64,000 nt of DNA from Flavobacteriales bacterium (GCA_002717515.1 PBEC01000011.1:41902-105901), one strand, 5' to 3'. Positions 40,001 to 49,119 are shown, counted from the first letter of the stretch. Made by a program: numbers and translations. The notes: generated from the letters alone by a model not told the origin.

Positions 40001-40356
40001 ATACACTTTGATACATTTTCAAATTCTTTTATTTGAATTAATCCGTTTATTTTATAGTAATATGCCTCCGCTGAATATTGAGAACCCTCTTTAATCATTT
40101 TTGTTCCTGTTTTTACCGCCGATTTGTAATATTCAGAAGTAAATTCACAGATTAGCTTATTCAGTTGAGCCAATTCATATAAGGTATCGCTCTTGTTTAT
40201 TTTTTCGAAAGAAGCAAAAGCCTCTTTGTATTCTTCTTGCCCAAAATGCTCATAAGCTTCATTAAAATATTCTTTTGAAGTCGTAAAAGTATAATCGGAT
40301 TGGGCGAAACCGATTTGGGTCGCTAAAACGCATAAAATTGCAAATATCTTTTTCAT
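37036..40356 (-). CDS. secreted 1106-aa protein: N-terminal TPR-like/alpha-helical region plus ~30 tandem MORN-variant (YwqK-type) repeats
   Basis: Signal peptide MKKIFAILCVLATQIGFAQ. Residues ~30-380 are alpha-helical and TPR-like. Residues ~380-1106 consist of 22-24-aa repeats of the form GxWxxYYxNGxLxxEGxYxxGxxxG (for example GKWTYLYPSGKISAETEYNEKGKLIG, GTWKDYYYDGSLAYKYNYKGGSFHG, GEWKTYHHNGKLAYKAFY). Confidence 0.7.
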   Translation of the reverse strand: MKKIFAILCVLATQIGFAQSDYTFTTSKEYFNEAYEHFGQEEYKEAFASFEKINKSDTLYELAQLNKLICEFTSEYYKSAVKTGTKMIKEGSQYSAEAYYYKINGLIQIKEFENVSKCIDEGSIEYPLYKFRFEYLRAKMLEEQEKYEEAKEILQSIIIQHPHHSASHLLLAQIMGDEGGEIQAILGFQMAIISNRNSNSLKEAFRGMNDMMQSNFEINREKEDNKEYKQINSLISSGLALKADYKTDIPLRYISNAVTDLIFKQFSYKSKSDDFTMKYYGKFLNEIKNKGLEKGYILYVMSVINNPYVKKVISTYKNNFDAFEKFNTEYWENQINSNKFKVNGEIDERDYIMDSRGILKAFGKINKKDFREGKWTYLYPSGKISAETEYNEKGKLIGENIWYSQDGYIKESGIYKDGVLNGHAYFTRDNGCSNYGGEFLDGELNGEIKIYNSQGIFYLLKNFKENKLDGKVQEFYTNGELYSEVNVVKGLNEGNLYVFGPLGDTLKIINYSKGKPTGSYIEYHINGNIASEGKFKGGQRYGTWKDYYYDGSLAYKYNYKGGSFHGDYVQFDKKGDTLVYRTYNNGLLHGVDKDYTNDNRVLWEHVFKKGKLKKYYNYGPNGELLSSGKKEYVLNDRFGYKYIEGTKKGNKFHGEYTVYFKNGNVSEKRNYVKGVLSGEYKEYYSWGGIDQEMYYKDDKLHGEYKSYYDNGKKHAEGQYVEGEKAGLWKYYHPNGNLYKEVYFIDGKSDGHVTIYSITGEKRSNYFYKGDVLYKTEVFDKDGNVICDIKTPQGKGEYVFKSTAGHLYLKSKLDGGEHHGTKTFYYPNGQTLEKSQKNYGESHGMYRSYFPDGSLKEEGEYVYGKRKGEWKTYHHNGKLAYKAFYELDVAQDSVMRYYISGGIKEITYYDKNGDVIGEKYFHPNGALNSFAPMEGDFTHGEFCNYDAFGKIVIKRKYNGGEMVAYSYLKNGKLIEPIVINGNGDIKTYFDDGNVASSYSEKNGLYEGPYKRMHSNGKPWIEANYLNNNHHGDYKAYYEDGTLRYEASYNYGRLHGIQKKYNKKGVLLSEITYNQDVKDGLAKFYDDKGNLLYVLKYKDDVVIEVDLR

Positions 40357-40481
40357 AATGTATTAAGTTGCCTCTAATTTAACCACAATTCTTTAATTTC
40401 TGACAAGAATCAAAAAATATAACATTTATTAGGAAAAACACTTTTTGTTTTGTTTTGTTGCAATGGACGAAAAACAATTCT

Positions 40482-40856
40482 TTAAGCCATTCCAGAAGTC
40501 ATTGAACTAAAAGCATCCTCAAAATGGATAATATTGCTTTTTTCATTTTCTATAATTATCGAAATAATATCAAATCTGGCTGAAACTTCCAATTCAAGGT
40601 TTTCAAGATATACCGCAGCGATTCGAATAAGATCTTTTTCTTTTTTAAAAACAACGGCTTCTTCAGGTTCTCCATACTCAGAGGAGGAACGTGTTTTAAC
40701 CTCAACAAAAACGAGCTCTTCTTTATCCTCAGCTATAATATCAACTTCTAAATTACTCATCCTCCAATTTGTATGATGAATTAAATAACCTCTGTTCTTT
40801 AAGTATTTAACTGCTATTTTTTCTCCTTCTTTGCCCAGCTGATTGTGTAATGCCAT
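40482..40856 (-). CDS. yraN: YraN family endonuclease (UPF0102)
   Basis: 124 aa. GEKIAVKYLKNRGYLIHHTNWR...EVDIIAEDKEELVFVEVKTR matches the YraN/UPF0102 PD-(D/E)xK-like fold. It overlaps or abuts the dprA stop. Confidence 0.75.
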   Translation of the reverse strand: MALHNQLGKEGEKIAVKYLKNRGYLIHHTNWRMSNLEVDIIAEDKEELVFVEVKTRSSSEYGEPEEAVVFKKEKDLIRIAAVYLENLELEVSARFDIISIIIENEKSNIIHFEDAFSSMTSGMA

Positions 40857-40857
40857 A

Positions 40858-41973
40858 TTAAATTTTCATTTGATAATTATCCCCCGGAAGAGCTTTTATG
40901 ATTCCATTTAATTCAAGATTAAAAAGTAAATAAGAAACCTTTTGAACACTGGTGTTCAGATGAAAAGCTACTTGATTCTTATTGGCAATTCCTTTAGATT
41001 GAATGGCCTGAATTATAAGTAATTCTTCATCTGTAAACTGATTAAACAAATTATTTTCTTTCTTTTTATTTTTTGGTTCTATTGTAATCCAATTCATCGC
41101 TTTTAAAACATCCTCTCCCGATTCAATTAACGCCGCCCTATTCGATTTAATCAAAGCGTTACAACCTCTGGAATAAGGATCTATAATTCTCCCGGGTGCA
41201 GCAAAAACATCTCGACCATATGAATTGGCTATATTGGCTGTTATTAAAGCTCCGCCTTTTGATGTCGCTTCGACCACAACCGTTGCATCAGACATCCCTG
41301 CAACTATCCGATTTCGTTTTGGGAAATTTTCTCTCTCAGGATTTGTTCCACTCATGAATTCCGAAATTAGCCCACCATTAGTCAACATCTTTTTGGCCAT
41401 TGCTCTATTTTTTTGTGGATATATTTTATCCAATCCATGCGCAAGAACTCCAACAGTTGGAATATTGTATTCCAGAGAAAATTTATGCGCATATGAATCA
41501 ATACCATAGGCCAAACCGCTAACAACAAGTATGTCTTGATTTTCAAATTCCTCAATAATTTTTCGAGTCAGTTCCTCTCCGTACCCTGTTGCTTTTCGTG
41601 TTCCAACAATAGATACAATTTTCGTAAAGTTCAAATAAGGTGTTCCCCTGTAGTAAACCAGAAAAGGACTATCGTTACACTCCTTTAATTTAATTGGATA
41701 TTTTTCGTGGTCGTATCCCCAAATTGAAATGCCGTATTTTTCCGCAAACTTAATTTCAGCCCTGGCCCTTTCCATTGCTTTTGCCTTTAGGGTTTTATTA
41801 CAAAGTATCGACAATAGAACGTCTCCAATCCCTGGTATTTTTGACAATTCCTTCTTCGACGCTTTTAAAACCAATTCAGCGCTTTTAAAGTATTCCGTAA
41901 GTAGTTTCGCATACAGGTTCCCTATACCTGGAAGATTAATTAACGCTATTCGATATGCTGTTTCGGAAATCAT
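40858..41973 (-). CDS. dprA: DNA-processing protein DprA (Smf)
   Basis: N-terminal HhH region (LINLPGIGNLYAKLL), a Rossmann-like DprA domain (IVSGLAYGIDSYAHK...) and a C-terminal winged-helix. ATG at 41973; the ORF track used TTG at 41982. Confidence 0.85.
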   Translation of the reverse strand: MISETAYRIALINLPGIGNLYAKLLTEYFKSAELVLKASKKELSKIPGIGDVLLSILCNKTLKAKAMERARAEIKFAEKYGISIWGYDHEKYPIKLKECNDSPFLVYYRGTPYLNFTKIVSIVGTRKATGYGEELTRKIIEEFENQDILVVSGLAYGIDSYAHKFSLEYNIPTVGVLAHGLDKIYPQKNRAMAKKMLTNGGLISEFMSGTNPERENFPKRNRIVAGMSDATVVVEATSKGGALITANIANSYGRDVFAAPGRIIDPYSRGCNALIKSNRAALIESGEDVLKAMNWITIEPKNKKKENNLFNQFTDEELLIIQAIQSKGIANKNQVAFHLNTSVQKVSYLLFNLELNGIIKALPGDNYQMKI

Positions 41974-42091
41974 AATCAGCAACTAATCTGCTGATTTCTT
42001 ATAAGGTTTATCTCTTTATTAATAAAGAATCAGATTTGTTTTTAAAAAGATTTGTTTTCTTGGTTATAATTTTGCTCAAACGAATAAAAAA

Positions 42092-43141
42092 TTATTCCTC
42101 ATCGTCCTTAAATGAATTCCAACCCTGAGCCTCTAAAGCATGATTTGAACCATCCTTAGCGGTTAACGTTTGTCCTTCTGACTCATTGAGAAAATGACCT
42201 ACAACTGTAAACATGGGGTGATTTTTGATTTTTTCATAATCAGACAAATCTATCGCAAAGACCAACTCATAATCTTCACCGCCATTCAATGCACACATAG
42301 TTGGATCCAAATGATTGTCTCTGGCTCGATCAAAAGTTTGTTGATCAATGGGAAGTTTATCCTCATAGATAGAAACACCTACTTTGGATGATTTACATAT
42401 GTGCATAACCTCAGAAGAAAGGCCATCAGAGATATCCATCATTGCATTTGGTTTTATTCCCAATGATTCAAATTCTCTCACTACATCCAATCGTGCTTCT
42501 GGTTTTAACTGGCGCTCTAAAATATAATCACAATCCGACAAATCGGGTTGAACACTTGGGCTTTCTTTATAAATCTGTTTTTCTCTCTCTAAAATTTGAA
42601 GTCCCATGTAAGCACCTCCTAAATCTCCAGAAACAACAAGCAAATTAGACTCTTTAGCACCGCTTCTGTATACGATTTTCCCTTCCTTCCCTTCTCCAAT
42701 AGCTGTAACACTAATTGTTAAACCCGATACCGATGAAGTTGTGTCTCCGCCTATTAAATCGACATTATAAAGTTCACACGCCAGAAAAATCCCCTCATAT
42801 ATTTCTTCAACAGCTTGTAGCGAAAATCTGTTGGATAATGAGATGGAAACGGTTATTTGTCTGGGAACAGCATTCATGGCAATAATGTCTGAAATGTTCA
42901 CCATTACTGCTTTATAACCCAAATGCTTTAAAGGAACATAGCTTAAATCAAAATGTATGCCCTCAATCAATAAATCGGTTGAAATCAAGGTTTTTGAATC
43001 GTCATCGTATTTAATAACGGCAGCATCGTCTCCAATGCCTTTCAAAGTTGAGGCATTTCTCAGCTGGACTTTGTTTTTGATTAATTCAATTAATCCAAAC
43101 TCCCCTAAATCCTTTAATTCTGTTCTATTTTGTCCCTCCAT
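42092..43141 (-). CDS. thiL: thiamine-monophosphate kinase
   Basis: AIR-synthase-related fold: GEFGLIELIKNK, IGDDAAVI, TDLLIEGIHF, NISDIIAMNAVP. ATG at 43141 gives MEGQNRTELKDLGEFG. The ORF-track start at 43213 would add 24 unsupported residues overlapping the upstream gene. Confidence 0.75.
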   Translation of the reverse strand: MEGQNRTELKDLGEFGLIELIKNKVQLRNASTLKGIGDDAAVIKYDDDSKTLISTDLLIEGIHFDLSYVPLKHLGYKAVMVNISDIIAMNAVPRQITVSISLSNRFSLQAVEEIYEGIFLACELYNVDLIGGDTTSSVSGLTISVTAIGEGKEGKIVYRSGAKESNLLVVSGDLGGAYMGLQILEREKQIYKESPSVQPDLSDCDYILERQLKPEARLDVVREFESLGIKPNAMMDISDGLSSEVMHICKSSKVGVSIYEDKLPIDQQTFDRARDNHLDPTMCALNGGEDYELVFAIDLSDYEKIKNHPMFTVVGHFLNESEGQTLTAKDGSNHALEAQGWNSFKDDEE

Positions 43142-43526
43142 TTTCTTTTTCCATTGAAGCCCCAGCTTTACTCGCCTCTCTGAATGTTTGAATTTCCTTC
43201 TCAAACAAAGCATAAATCGGACAGCTTTTTATTAATTCTTTTTGCAACGCAAAGTACAAACTTCCCTGAATACCCATTTTTTCAGAGTCCTCCTCTCTCC
43301 TCTGCTCTGAGGCAAACGTCTTTTGAATGGCTGATTGATTTTTACTGATGGCTTCGTTTAAACACTGCATTTTAATTGCGTTAGCATTTGATTTTATCTG
43401 TGCCGTATCTAATTTACTTAAACAAACACATGCCGTATCTGCAACCTGCTCCTCAATCGTCATTTGACCTTTACTAAAACCAATTATTCCAAAAACAAAA
43501 AATAGAAATGCAGCTGATTTTTTCAT
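43125..43526 (-). CDS. hypothetical secreted protein (133 aa, 4 Cys)
   Basis: Signal peptide MKKSAAFLFFVFGIIGFSKGQ. No recognisable domain. Confidence 0.4.
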   Translation of the reverse strand: MKKSAAFLFFVFGIIGFSKGQMTIEEQVADTACVCLSKLDTAQIKSNANAIKMQCLNEAISKNQSAIQKTFASEQRREEDSEKMGIQGSLYFALQKELIKSCPIYALFEKEIQTFREASKAGASMEKENGGTK

Positions 43527-43630
43527 TTTAAAACATTTAAAGTATTTATATTTTAATTTTACTTAAAATTCTCCTTAAGGTTAAGGTATGAATTTTTTAT
43601 TAGTTCTAAACAAGAGAATAAACTAAGAGA

Positions 43631-44254
43631 GTGAAAAACATTAAAAACATTATTCTTGATTTAGGTGGGGTTTTAATTAATCTAGATTATAATAAGGTTA
43701 ATACGAAACTTTCTGAATTGGGGCTTTCAAATTCTTTTTCAAAAGCCAAGCAAATTGATTTAATAGATAAGTTAGAAGAGGGCAAGATTTCTGAAAGAGG
43801 TTTTATCGATGAGTTTAACAGAATCGCGAAAACAAACCACACCAAAGATATAATTATTGATGCCTGGAATTCTATTTTATTAGATTTCCCTTATGAAAGA
43901 TTGGAATTACTTGAACTTCTCGGAAAAAAATATCGATTGTTTTTATTCAGTAATACAAATTCCATTCACATAAAAAAAGTTTACAAAATACTTGATGAAT
44001 CCTACAATATTAAAAATTTGGACTCTTATTTTGAGAGGATCTATTTATCGAATGAGTTGGGAATAAGAAAACCAAAACCAGAGGGGTTTGAATACATTTT
44101 AAAAGAAAATAATTTATCTCCTTACAACACCCTATTTATCGACGACAGCCCTCAACATATTACCGGAGCTAAAAAAACAGGAATTCAATGCGAATGGTTA
44201 AATTTAGAAAAGGAAAATCTTCACGAATCATTAACTCGATTATCTCTAATTTAG
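43631..44254 (+). CDS. HAD-superfamily hydrolase (subfamily IA phosphatase)
   Basis: Motif I DxG (ILDLGGVLI), motif II S/T, motif III K and motif IV (FIDDSPQHI). GTG start at 43631. Confidence 0.7.
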   Translation: MKNIKNIILDLGGVLINLDYNKVNTKLSELGLSNSFSKAKQIDLIDKLEEGKISERGFIDEFNRIAKTNHTKDIIIDAWNSILLDFPYERLELLELLGKKYRLFLFSNTNSIHIKKVYKILDESYNIKNLDSYFERIYLSNELGIRKPKPEGFEYILKENNLSPYNTLFIDDSPQHITGAKKTGIQCEWLNLEKENLHESLTRLSLI

Positions 44255-44258
44255 AACC

Positions 44259-44915
44259 ATGAATTCGATAGTAATTGTAGCCGGGGGTAAAGGAAAAAGG
44301 ATGGGCAGTAATGTTCCCAAGCAATTTTTAGTGCTAAAAAATGAGCCGGTAATTATGCACACCATTAGAAAGTTTTACAATTGGGATAATCGTTGTGAAA
44401 TTGTTTTGGTTCTACCTTTCAGTCAAAAAACCTATTGGGAAAACCTGGTAAAAGAATACAATTTTAATATTCCGGTTTTGGTAACTTCGGGTGGTAACAC
44501 TCGTTTCCATTCTGTAAAAAATGGGCTTTCTAAAACATCAGGAGATGTTATTGGAATTCATGATGGGGTAAGACCTTTGGTTAGTGAGGAAACCATTAAA
44601 AACTGTTTTGATGTTGCAAAAAAAGAAGGAAACGCTACCCCTTGCCTACCAATAAACGACTCTTTACGTATAGTTGAAAATAACGCCAATAGAACAGTAG
44701 ATCGATCAAAATTCTACAAAATTCAAACCCCTCAAGTTTTTCAAAGATCAGTCCTTTTGAAAGCGTTTGAACAAGAATTCGCTGAGGAATTTACGGATGA
44801 TGCTTCGGTGGTTGAAAAAACCGGAGAAGTGATTCAATTGATAAAAGGGAATGAAGAAAACATTAAAATTACAAGACCATTCGACTTAAAAATTGCTGAA
44901 GTTTTTTTGAAATAA
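44259..44915 (+). CDS. ispD: 2-C-methyl-D-erythritol 4-phosphate cytidylyltransferase
   Basis: N-terminus IVIVAGGKGKRMGSNVPKQFL resembles the conserved IspD motif VxxAAGxGxRM...PKQ. Length 218 aa. Confidence 0.85.
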   Translation: MNSIVIVAGGKGKRMGSNVPKQFLVLKNEPVIMHTIRKFYNWDNRCEIVLVLPFSQKTYWENLVKEYNFNIPVLVTSGGNTRFHSVKNGLSKTSGDVIGIHDGVRPLVSEETIKNCFDVAKKEGNATPCLPINDSLRIVENNANRTVDRSKFYKIQTPQVFQRSVLLKAFEQEFAEEFTDDASVVEKTGEVIQLIKGNEENIKITRPFDLKIAEVFLK

Positions 44916-45176
44916 AAACACCACTTATCTTTCCATCAAATATTTAACCTCTAAGGTTTTTTACATCTCTCTTTCGGTAAAAATCTCAACCAAAAAGACT
45001 TCCAGTTTAAAGTCAAAAAATATACTTTGAGTAAATAGAACAATAAGAGATGCTATTTGTTTGAATTGTCTAAGAGAGGTTAATTTAAACCAAAATTCAC
45101 GTAAAAATAATCAGTAATTTTCTTTTACCACCAATTGAAATTTAGATTATATTTGCAAAATTAAAATTCTTACCGG

Positions 45177-47276
45177 ATGAGAAGTATTGCATTCATAATT
45201 GTTTTTTGTACTGTAATTTCAAATATAACCTCTCAGGTAAACTTTGATAATTATGAGCCCATTCAATGTGAGGGAGTTATTCCCGATGACTTTTTAGAGT
45301 CTTTTAAATTAGACGCTCTTGAAAATATAACGCGCTTAGAAAACGAAAATAAAGCTGTTTTCAAAGCCAGGCGAAAATTTATTCTTTCCAATTATGATAT
45401 AATGGGAGAGACTTTAAAAGGAGGAGCAATACTTTTTGGTGATCCAGTATCAGAATATCTCAGTCGTTTACTGGATAAAATTTTAATTGATAAACCCGAC
45501 TTAAGAAAAAAACTAAGGATTTATGCGATTAGAAGTGGATATACCAATGCTTACTGTACTCAACAAGGCATTATTCTTGTTACAATGGGAATCCTTTCTA
45601 AGGTTAAATCGGAAGCGGAATTAGCTTTTATTTTAATGCACGAAATATCTCATTTTACCGAGAACCATTTAATAGAAAGAGTTGTAGAAACAGTAAAAAC
45701 GAGAAAAACAGGTGGGTATAAATTTGCATATTATTCAGACATTATTGAAGAACTTCTCCAAAGAAGCCAAGATAACGAACTGGAATGCGACTCGATTGCA
45801 GCTGAATATTTAAACAGAAGCGAATACAGTGATCAGGTTGTCGATAATGTCATGGACATCTTACTGAGAACACATCTTCCATTTGAGGAAAGTAGGTTTG
45901 ATATTTCGATGTTCAATGATAATACTTTCAAAATCCCTAGTTTTTTTGAAAAAAAATCATTGGATGAAATCAATCTAAACGAAAAAAAGTTTGATGTTTA
46001 CTCTACTCATCCAAATGTTAGAACAAGAAAAAAAGCGATTAAAAGAATTATCGCTGGTAAAGAAAATAACAACTCTAAAAAGTTTCTCGTATCGCAAAGT
46101 AAATTTAATGAGATTCATGAAATTGCAAAGTTCGAAACAATAAACGCACATCTTTATCACAAAGAATATGGTGAAGCGATATATTGTGCTTCCGCTCTTC
46201 AAAAAAAATATCCCCAAAGTGAATTTCTGAAAAATGCAATTGCATTTAGTCTTTATGGTTTATCAAAATACGCCACTCAAAACGACCTCCACAAGGCAGC
46301 CAAATCGGTTCGAACAGTTCAAGGAGAGTCTCAACAAGTTCATCACCTATTCAGACAGCTCTCAAAAGCTCAAATCAACGCATTAGCCATTCACTATATT
46401 AATGCTCTTCGTAAAACCGACGCAACCAATAAGGTTCTTACCGAAATGGTAAAAAATCTCATTTTGGACATGCCTTATCTCGGTACTACAATTGAGGATA
46501 TAACAAATTCATCAGAAATAGTTCAAGAAAAAGACATTGAAGAATTTAATCTGATCTCAGACAAAAGAGAAAGGATAAAAGCGAAAAGAGCTCTTCAGAA
46601 AAAATACAAACTATTCTATCTATACGGTTTAAAAAACGATTTTAAAAATGCAGATCTCATAGAATTTTACAACGAAGCGATAGATGAATACAATTATGCG
46701 CAAAAAGTGGACAATATGTCGGGGATTGAAAGATACCGTTTTGAAAAGAAAAAATACTTGAAGGCAAACAAAGAAGGTCTAAACTTAAACGGGAAAACCG
46801 TTTACTTTTTGGAACCCAGTATAAACTTTGAGCCGATGAGGTATGAATCCTCAAAGAAATACATTTCCAACATAGAAAAGAAAAAAGAATTTTTGAATTT
46901 ATATAATGATTATGTGAAAAATCAACTAAATAACCTTGAAACTAAAATGCTTACAACTAATAATCTTTCAAAAAGCGATGTTGATCAATTTAACAGCATC
47001 AGCAATTTGTTGAGATGGCAAAGTGAAAAAACCTATCACAACACTGACGATATCATACCATTAAGTACTTTCAATGTCAGCAAAATCAATGAAGATATTG
47101 ATTATGTATGCGGAATAAGATTTTCAAACTTTAATACCTACAGCATATATGTCTTTTATATCGCAGACATTAAAACAGGAGAAACGAAATATCAATATAG
47201 TTTTTATGGAAATGGAATGTCCGTAAAAAAATTATGGCTTACTGTTTCTAAGAATTTAAATGCTTTATCAAAATAA
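45177..47276 (+). CDS. secreted M48-family zinc metallopeptidase-like protein (HExxH) with long C-terminal extension
   Basis: Signal peptide. Zinc motif LMHEISHFTENH, and a downstream SQDNELECDSIAAEYL resembling the M48 SRxxExxAD third-ligand motif. About 400 aa of unassigned C-terminal sequence. Confidence 0.55.
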   Translation: MRSIAFIIVFCTVISNITSQVNFDNYEPIQCEGVIPDDFLESFKLDALENITRLENENKAVFKARRKFILSNYDIMGETLKGGAILFGDPVSEYLSRLLDKILIDKPDLRKKLRIYAIRSGYTNAYCTQQGIILVTMGILSKVKSEAELAFILMHEISHFTENHLIERVVETVKTRKTGGYKFAYYSDIIEELLQRSQDNELECDSIAAEYLNRSEYSDQVVDNVMDILLRTHLPFEESRFDISMFNDNTFKIPSFFEKKSLDEINLNEKKFDVYSTHPNVRTRKKAIKRIIAGKENNNSKKFLVSQSKFNEIHEIAKFETINAHLYHKEYGEAIYCASALQKKYPQSEFLKNAIAFSLYGLSKYATQNDLHKAAKSVRTVQGESQQVHHLFRQLSKAQINALAIHYINALRKTDATNKVLTEMVKNLILDMPYLGTTIEDITNSSEIVQEKDIEEFNLISDKRERIKAKRALQKKYKLFYLYGLKNDFKNADLIEFYNEAIDEYNYAQKVDNMSGIERYRFEKKKYLKANKEGLNLNGKTVYFLEPSINFEPMRYESSKKYISNIEKKKEFLNLYNDYVKNQLNNLETKMLTTNNLSKSDVDQFNSISNLLRWQSEKTYHNTDDIIPLSTFNVSKINEDIDYVCGIRFSNFNTYSIYVFYIADIKTGETKYQYSFYGNGMSVKKLWLTVSKNLNALSK

Positions 47277-47306
47277 ACCAATCTATTAATTACTAAAATC
47301 AATAAA

Positions 47307-48929
47307 ATGAAAATTTCCAATCGAATACTAAATCTTATTTTAGTTCTATTACTTTCCGGAACAGCTTTTGCCCAGGAAATTAAATGGGGTGATCTACAAA
47401 AGTCTAAATGGGGTAGTTTTACTCCTCGTATAATTTCTGACGATTCAGAAGATTTATATGGATATTTCTTTCAAAGTGGTAAACTTCACCTAACTTCTTA
47501 TTCCCGCTCCAATTATAAAGCAAATTATGATAAACTTATTCCTAAATTAGAAGTAGATGGAATACAGGTCTACATGGAGAGAATCAGTGTTCTAAAAGAT
47601 AAATTTATCATAATAGGGTCTTACTTCAAAAAAGAAAAAAAATCAAAAAAATTACTGTCAAAAAAATCTTTTACAAGTCATATTGTCGCTTTTGAAGTTG
47701 ATAAAAAAACAGGGGTGTTAAATCCAAAACATATAGACCTTTTCAATGTTGAAGTTGAAAAAAAATCCAGAAGAGGAGACTTTGATGTTTACGTATCAGA
47801 TAACAATGAAAAAGTTTTAATAAATCATACCTCTTACTACAAAAAGAAACGTAGAACCATTGCCACGTTTAAATTGTTTAACAATAATCTAGAAATTGAG
47901 GAGGAGTTTACCGAAGATTTCAAAAAAAGAGATGAACCCAACGCAATTGACAGAATTAACAATCTAGTTATTGATAATGAAGGATCTATTTACTATTTGG
48001 TTGGATTATCAAAATTTGTCTCTCTTGATGCAAACAAAGGTTATGAAAAATGGGAGGAAAAAATAGATATTGAAAAAGCCAAACCAGGATCACAAATAAC
48101 AAGATTAAGGTATACGTTTGATAAGGATGACAACATTAATATTTTCGGGTTTTACAGAGAACAAAAAGCTGGCTTAAAAGGAGTTTATACATTAAAACTA
48201 GATTATTTAACAAAAGAAATCGTTCATTCAGAAATATCGGAGTTTGATGACGCTTTTTTGAACAACCTAAAGAGTAGCAGGCAAAAGAAAAAAGAGGCTA
48301 AAGGAAAAGTTGTAAATGTCAGTGATTTTTTCAACACCATCGATATGATTCCTCAGGAAGATGGAAGCATGGCTATTTCTGCTGAAACTCAAACTCACTA
48401 CATAAACAGTGGTGATAATGGTTATGCTGAGACGGCTTTATACGGTTCAATTGTAACTATGGAGGTAAATCCAAACGGGAAACTTTCATGGGCTAAATAC
48501 ATCCCTAAAAAGCAATTATTTTGGCAGGTTGGTATTAACTTCAATGGTTTTGTTTTATACACCGGGACTTTCTTTGGTGGTTTAAGATTAATGTTGCCGG
48601 CAAACAGCTCTAAATACATTAAATACTTTGGTTCAGTTGCCGGAGTTCAAAACGATAAATTAATCGTAATTTATAATGATCATAAAGCGAATACAGCGAA
48701 TACTTCAAAAAAAGACAGAAAGACAATGAAAAGCGTTAAATCTGCTCGTCCGGTAGCCAGAGTTTACGACCTTAAAACAGGTGATATGACACAGAAAGAT
48801 GTTAAGAAGGGGAAACAATCAGACGCCCCGTTCAATCCAACTGTATCATACAGAACTAATGATGGTTCAATCATTGTATTCGGTCAAAAAGGAAAACGTT
48901 TTAAGTTTGGCGAATTAAGCTTAAACTAA
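47307..48929 (+). CDS. hypothetical secreted protein (540 aa)
   Basis: Signal peptide MKISNRILNLILVLLLSGTAFAQ. It lies 30 bp downstream of the M48-like gene and is co-oriented with it. No recognisable motifs. Confidence 0.4.
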   Translation: MKISNRILNLILVLLLSGTAFAQEIKWGDLQKSKWGSFTPRIISDDSEDLYGYFFQSGKLHLTSYSRSNYKANYDKLIPKLEVDGIQVYMERISVLKDKFIIIGSYFKKEKKSKKLLSKKSFTSHIVAFEVDKKTGVLNPKHIDLFNVEVEKKSRRGDFDVYVSDNNEKVLINHTSYYKKKRRTIATFKLFNNNLEIEEEFTEDFKKRDEPNAIDRINNLVIDNEGSIYYLVGLSKFVSLDANKGYEKWEEKIDIEKAKPGSQITRLRYTFDKDDNINIFGFYREQKAGLKGVYTLKLDYLTKEIVHSEISEFDDAFLNNLKSSRQKKKEAKGKVVNVSDFFNTIDMIPQEDGSMAISAETQTHYINSGDNGYAETALYGSIVTMEVNPNGKLSWAKYIPKKQLFWQVGINFNGFVLYTGTFFGGLRLMLPANSSKYIKYFGSVAGVQNDKLIVIYNDHKANTANTSKKDRKTMKSVKSARPVARVYDLKTGDMTQKDVKKGKQSDAPFNPTVSYRTNDGSIIVFGQKGKRFKFGELSLN

Positions 48930-48957
48930 TAAACCTCATTATTAATTATTCAAAAAA

Positions 48958-48990
48958 AGACCTAGGGAGTTTCCCTAGGTCTTTTTTATT
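48958..48990 (+). terminator. Rho-independent terminator for the + strand gene pair (perfect 11-bp stem agacctaggga/tccctaggtct, loop gtt, then TTTTTTATTTATTT)
   Basis: Read directly from the sequence: a perfect inverted repeat at 48958-48982 immediately followed by a T-rich run. Confidence 0.65.
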
Positions 48991-49039
48991 TATTTGCACT
49001 AAAAACTTTATAACTCTTCAAAAATTCATTTTTTGATAT

Positions 49040-49074
49040 TAAAAAAGCCGAATTGGGAAATTCCAATTCGGCTT
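49040..49074 (-). terminator. Rho-independent terminator for asd (perfect 12-bp stem aagccgaattgg/ccaattcggctt, loop gaaatt; T-run on minus strand = AAAAAA at 49040-49045)
   Basis: Perfect inverted repeat at 49045-49074. On the minus strand it is followed by TTTTTT. It lies 46 bp downstream of the asd stop. Confidence 0.6.
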
Positions 49075-49119
49075 TAGTATAATGATTCCTTTCTTTTTGA
49101 ATTCAAATAAATGGTAAAA

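Noticed and set aside
43142-43213. 24-codon N-terminal extension of thiL in the ORF track (MLCLRRKFKHSERRVKLGLQWKKK)
   Set aside because: This basic, non-conserved extension overlaps the upstream secreted-protein gene. An internal ATG at 43141 gives a canonical ThiL N-terminus.
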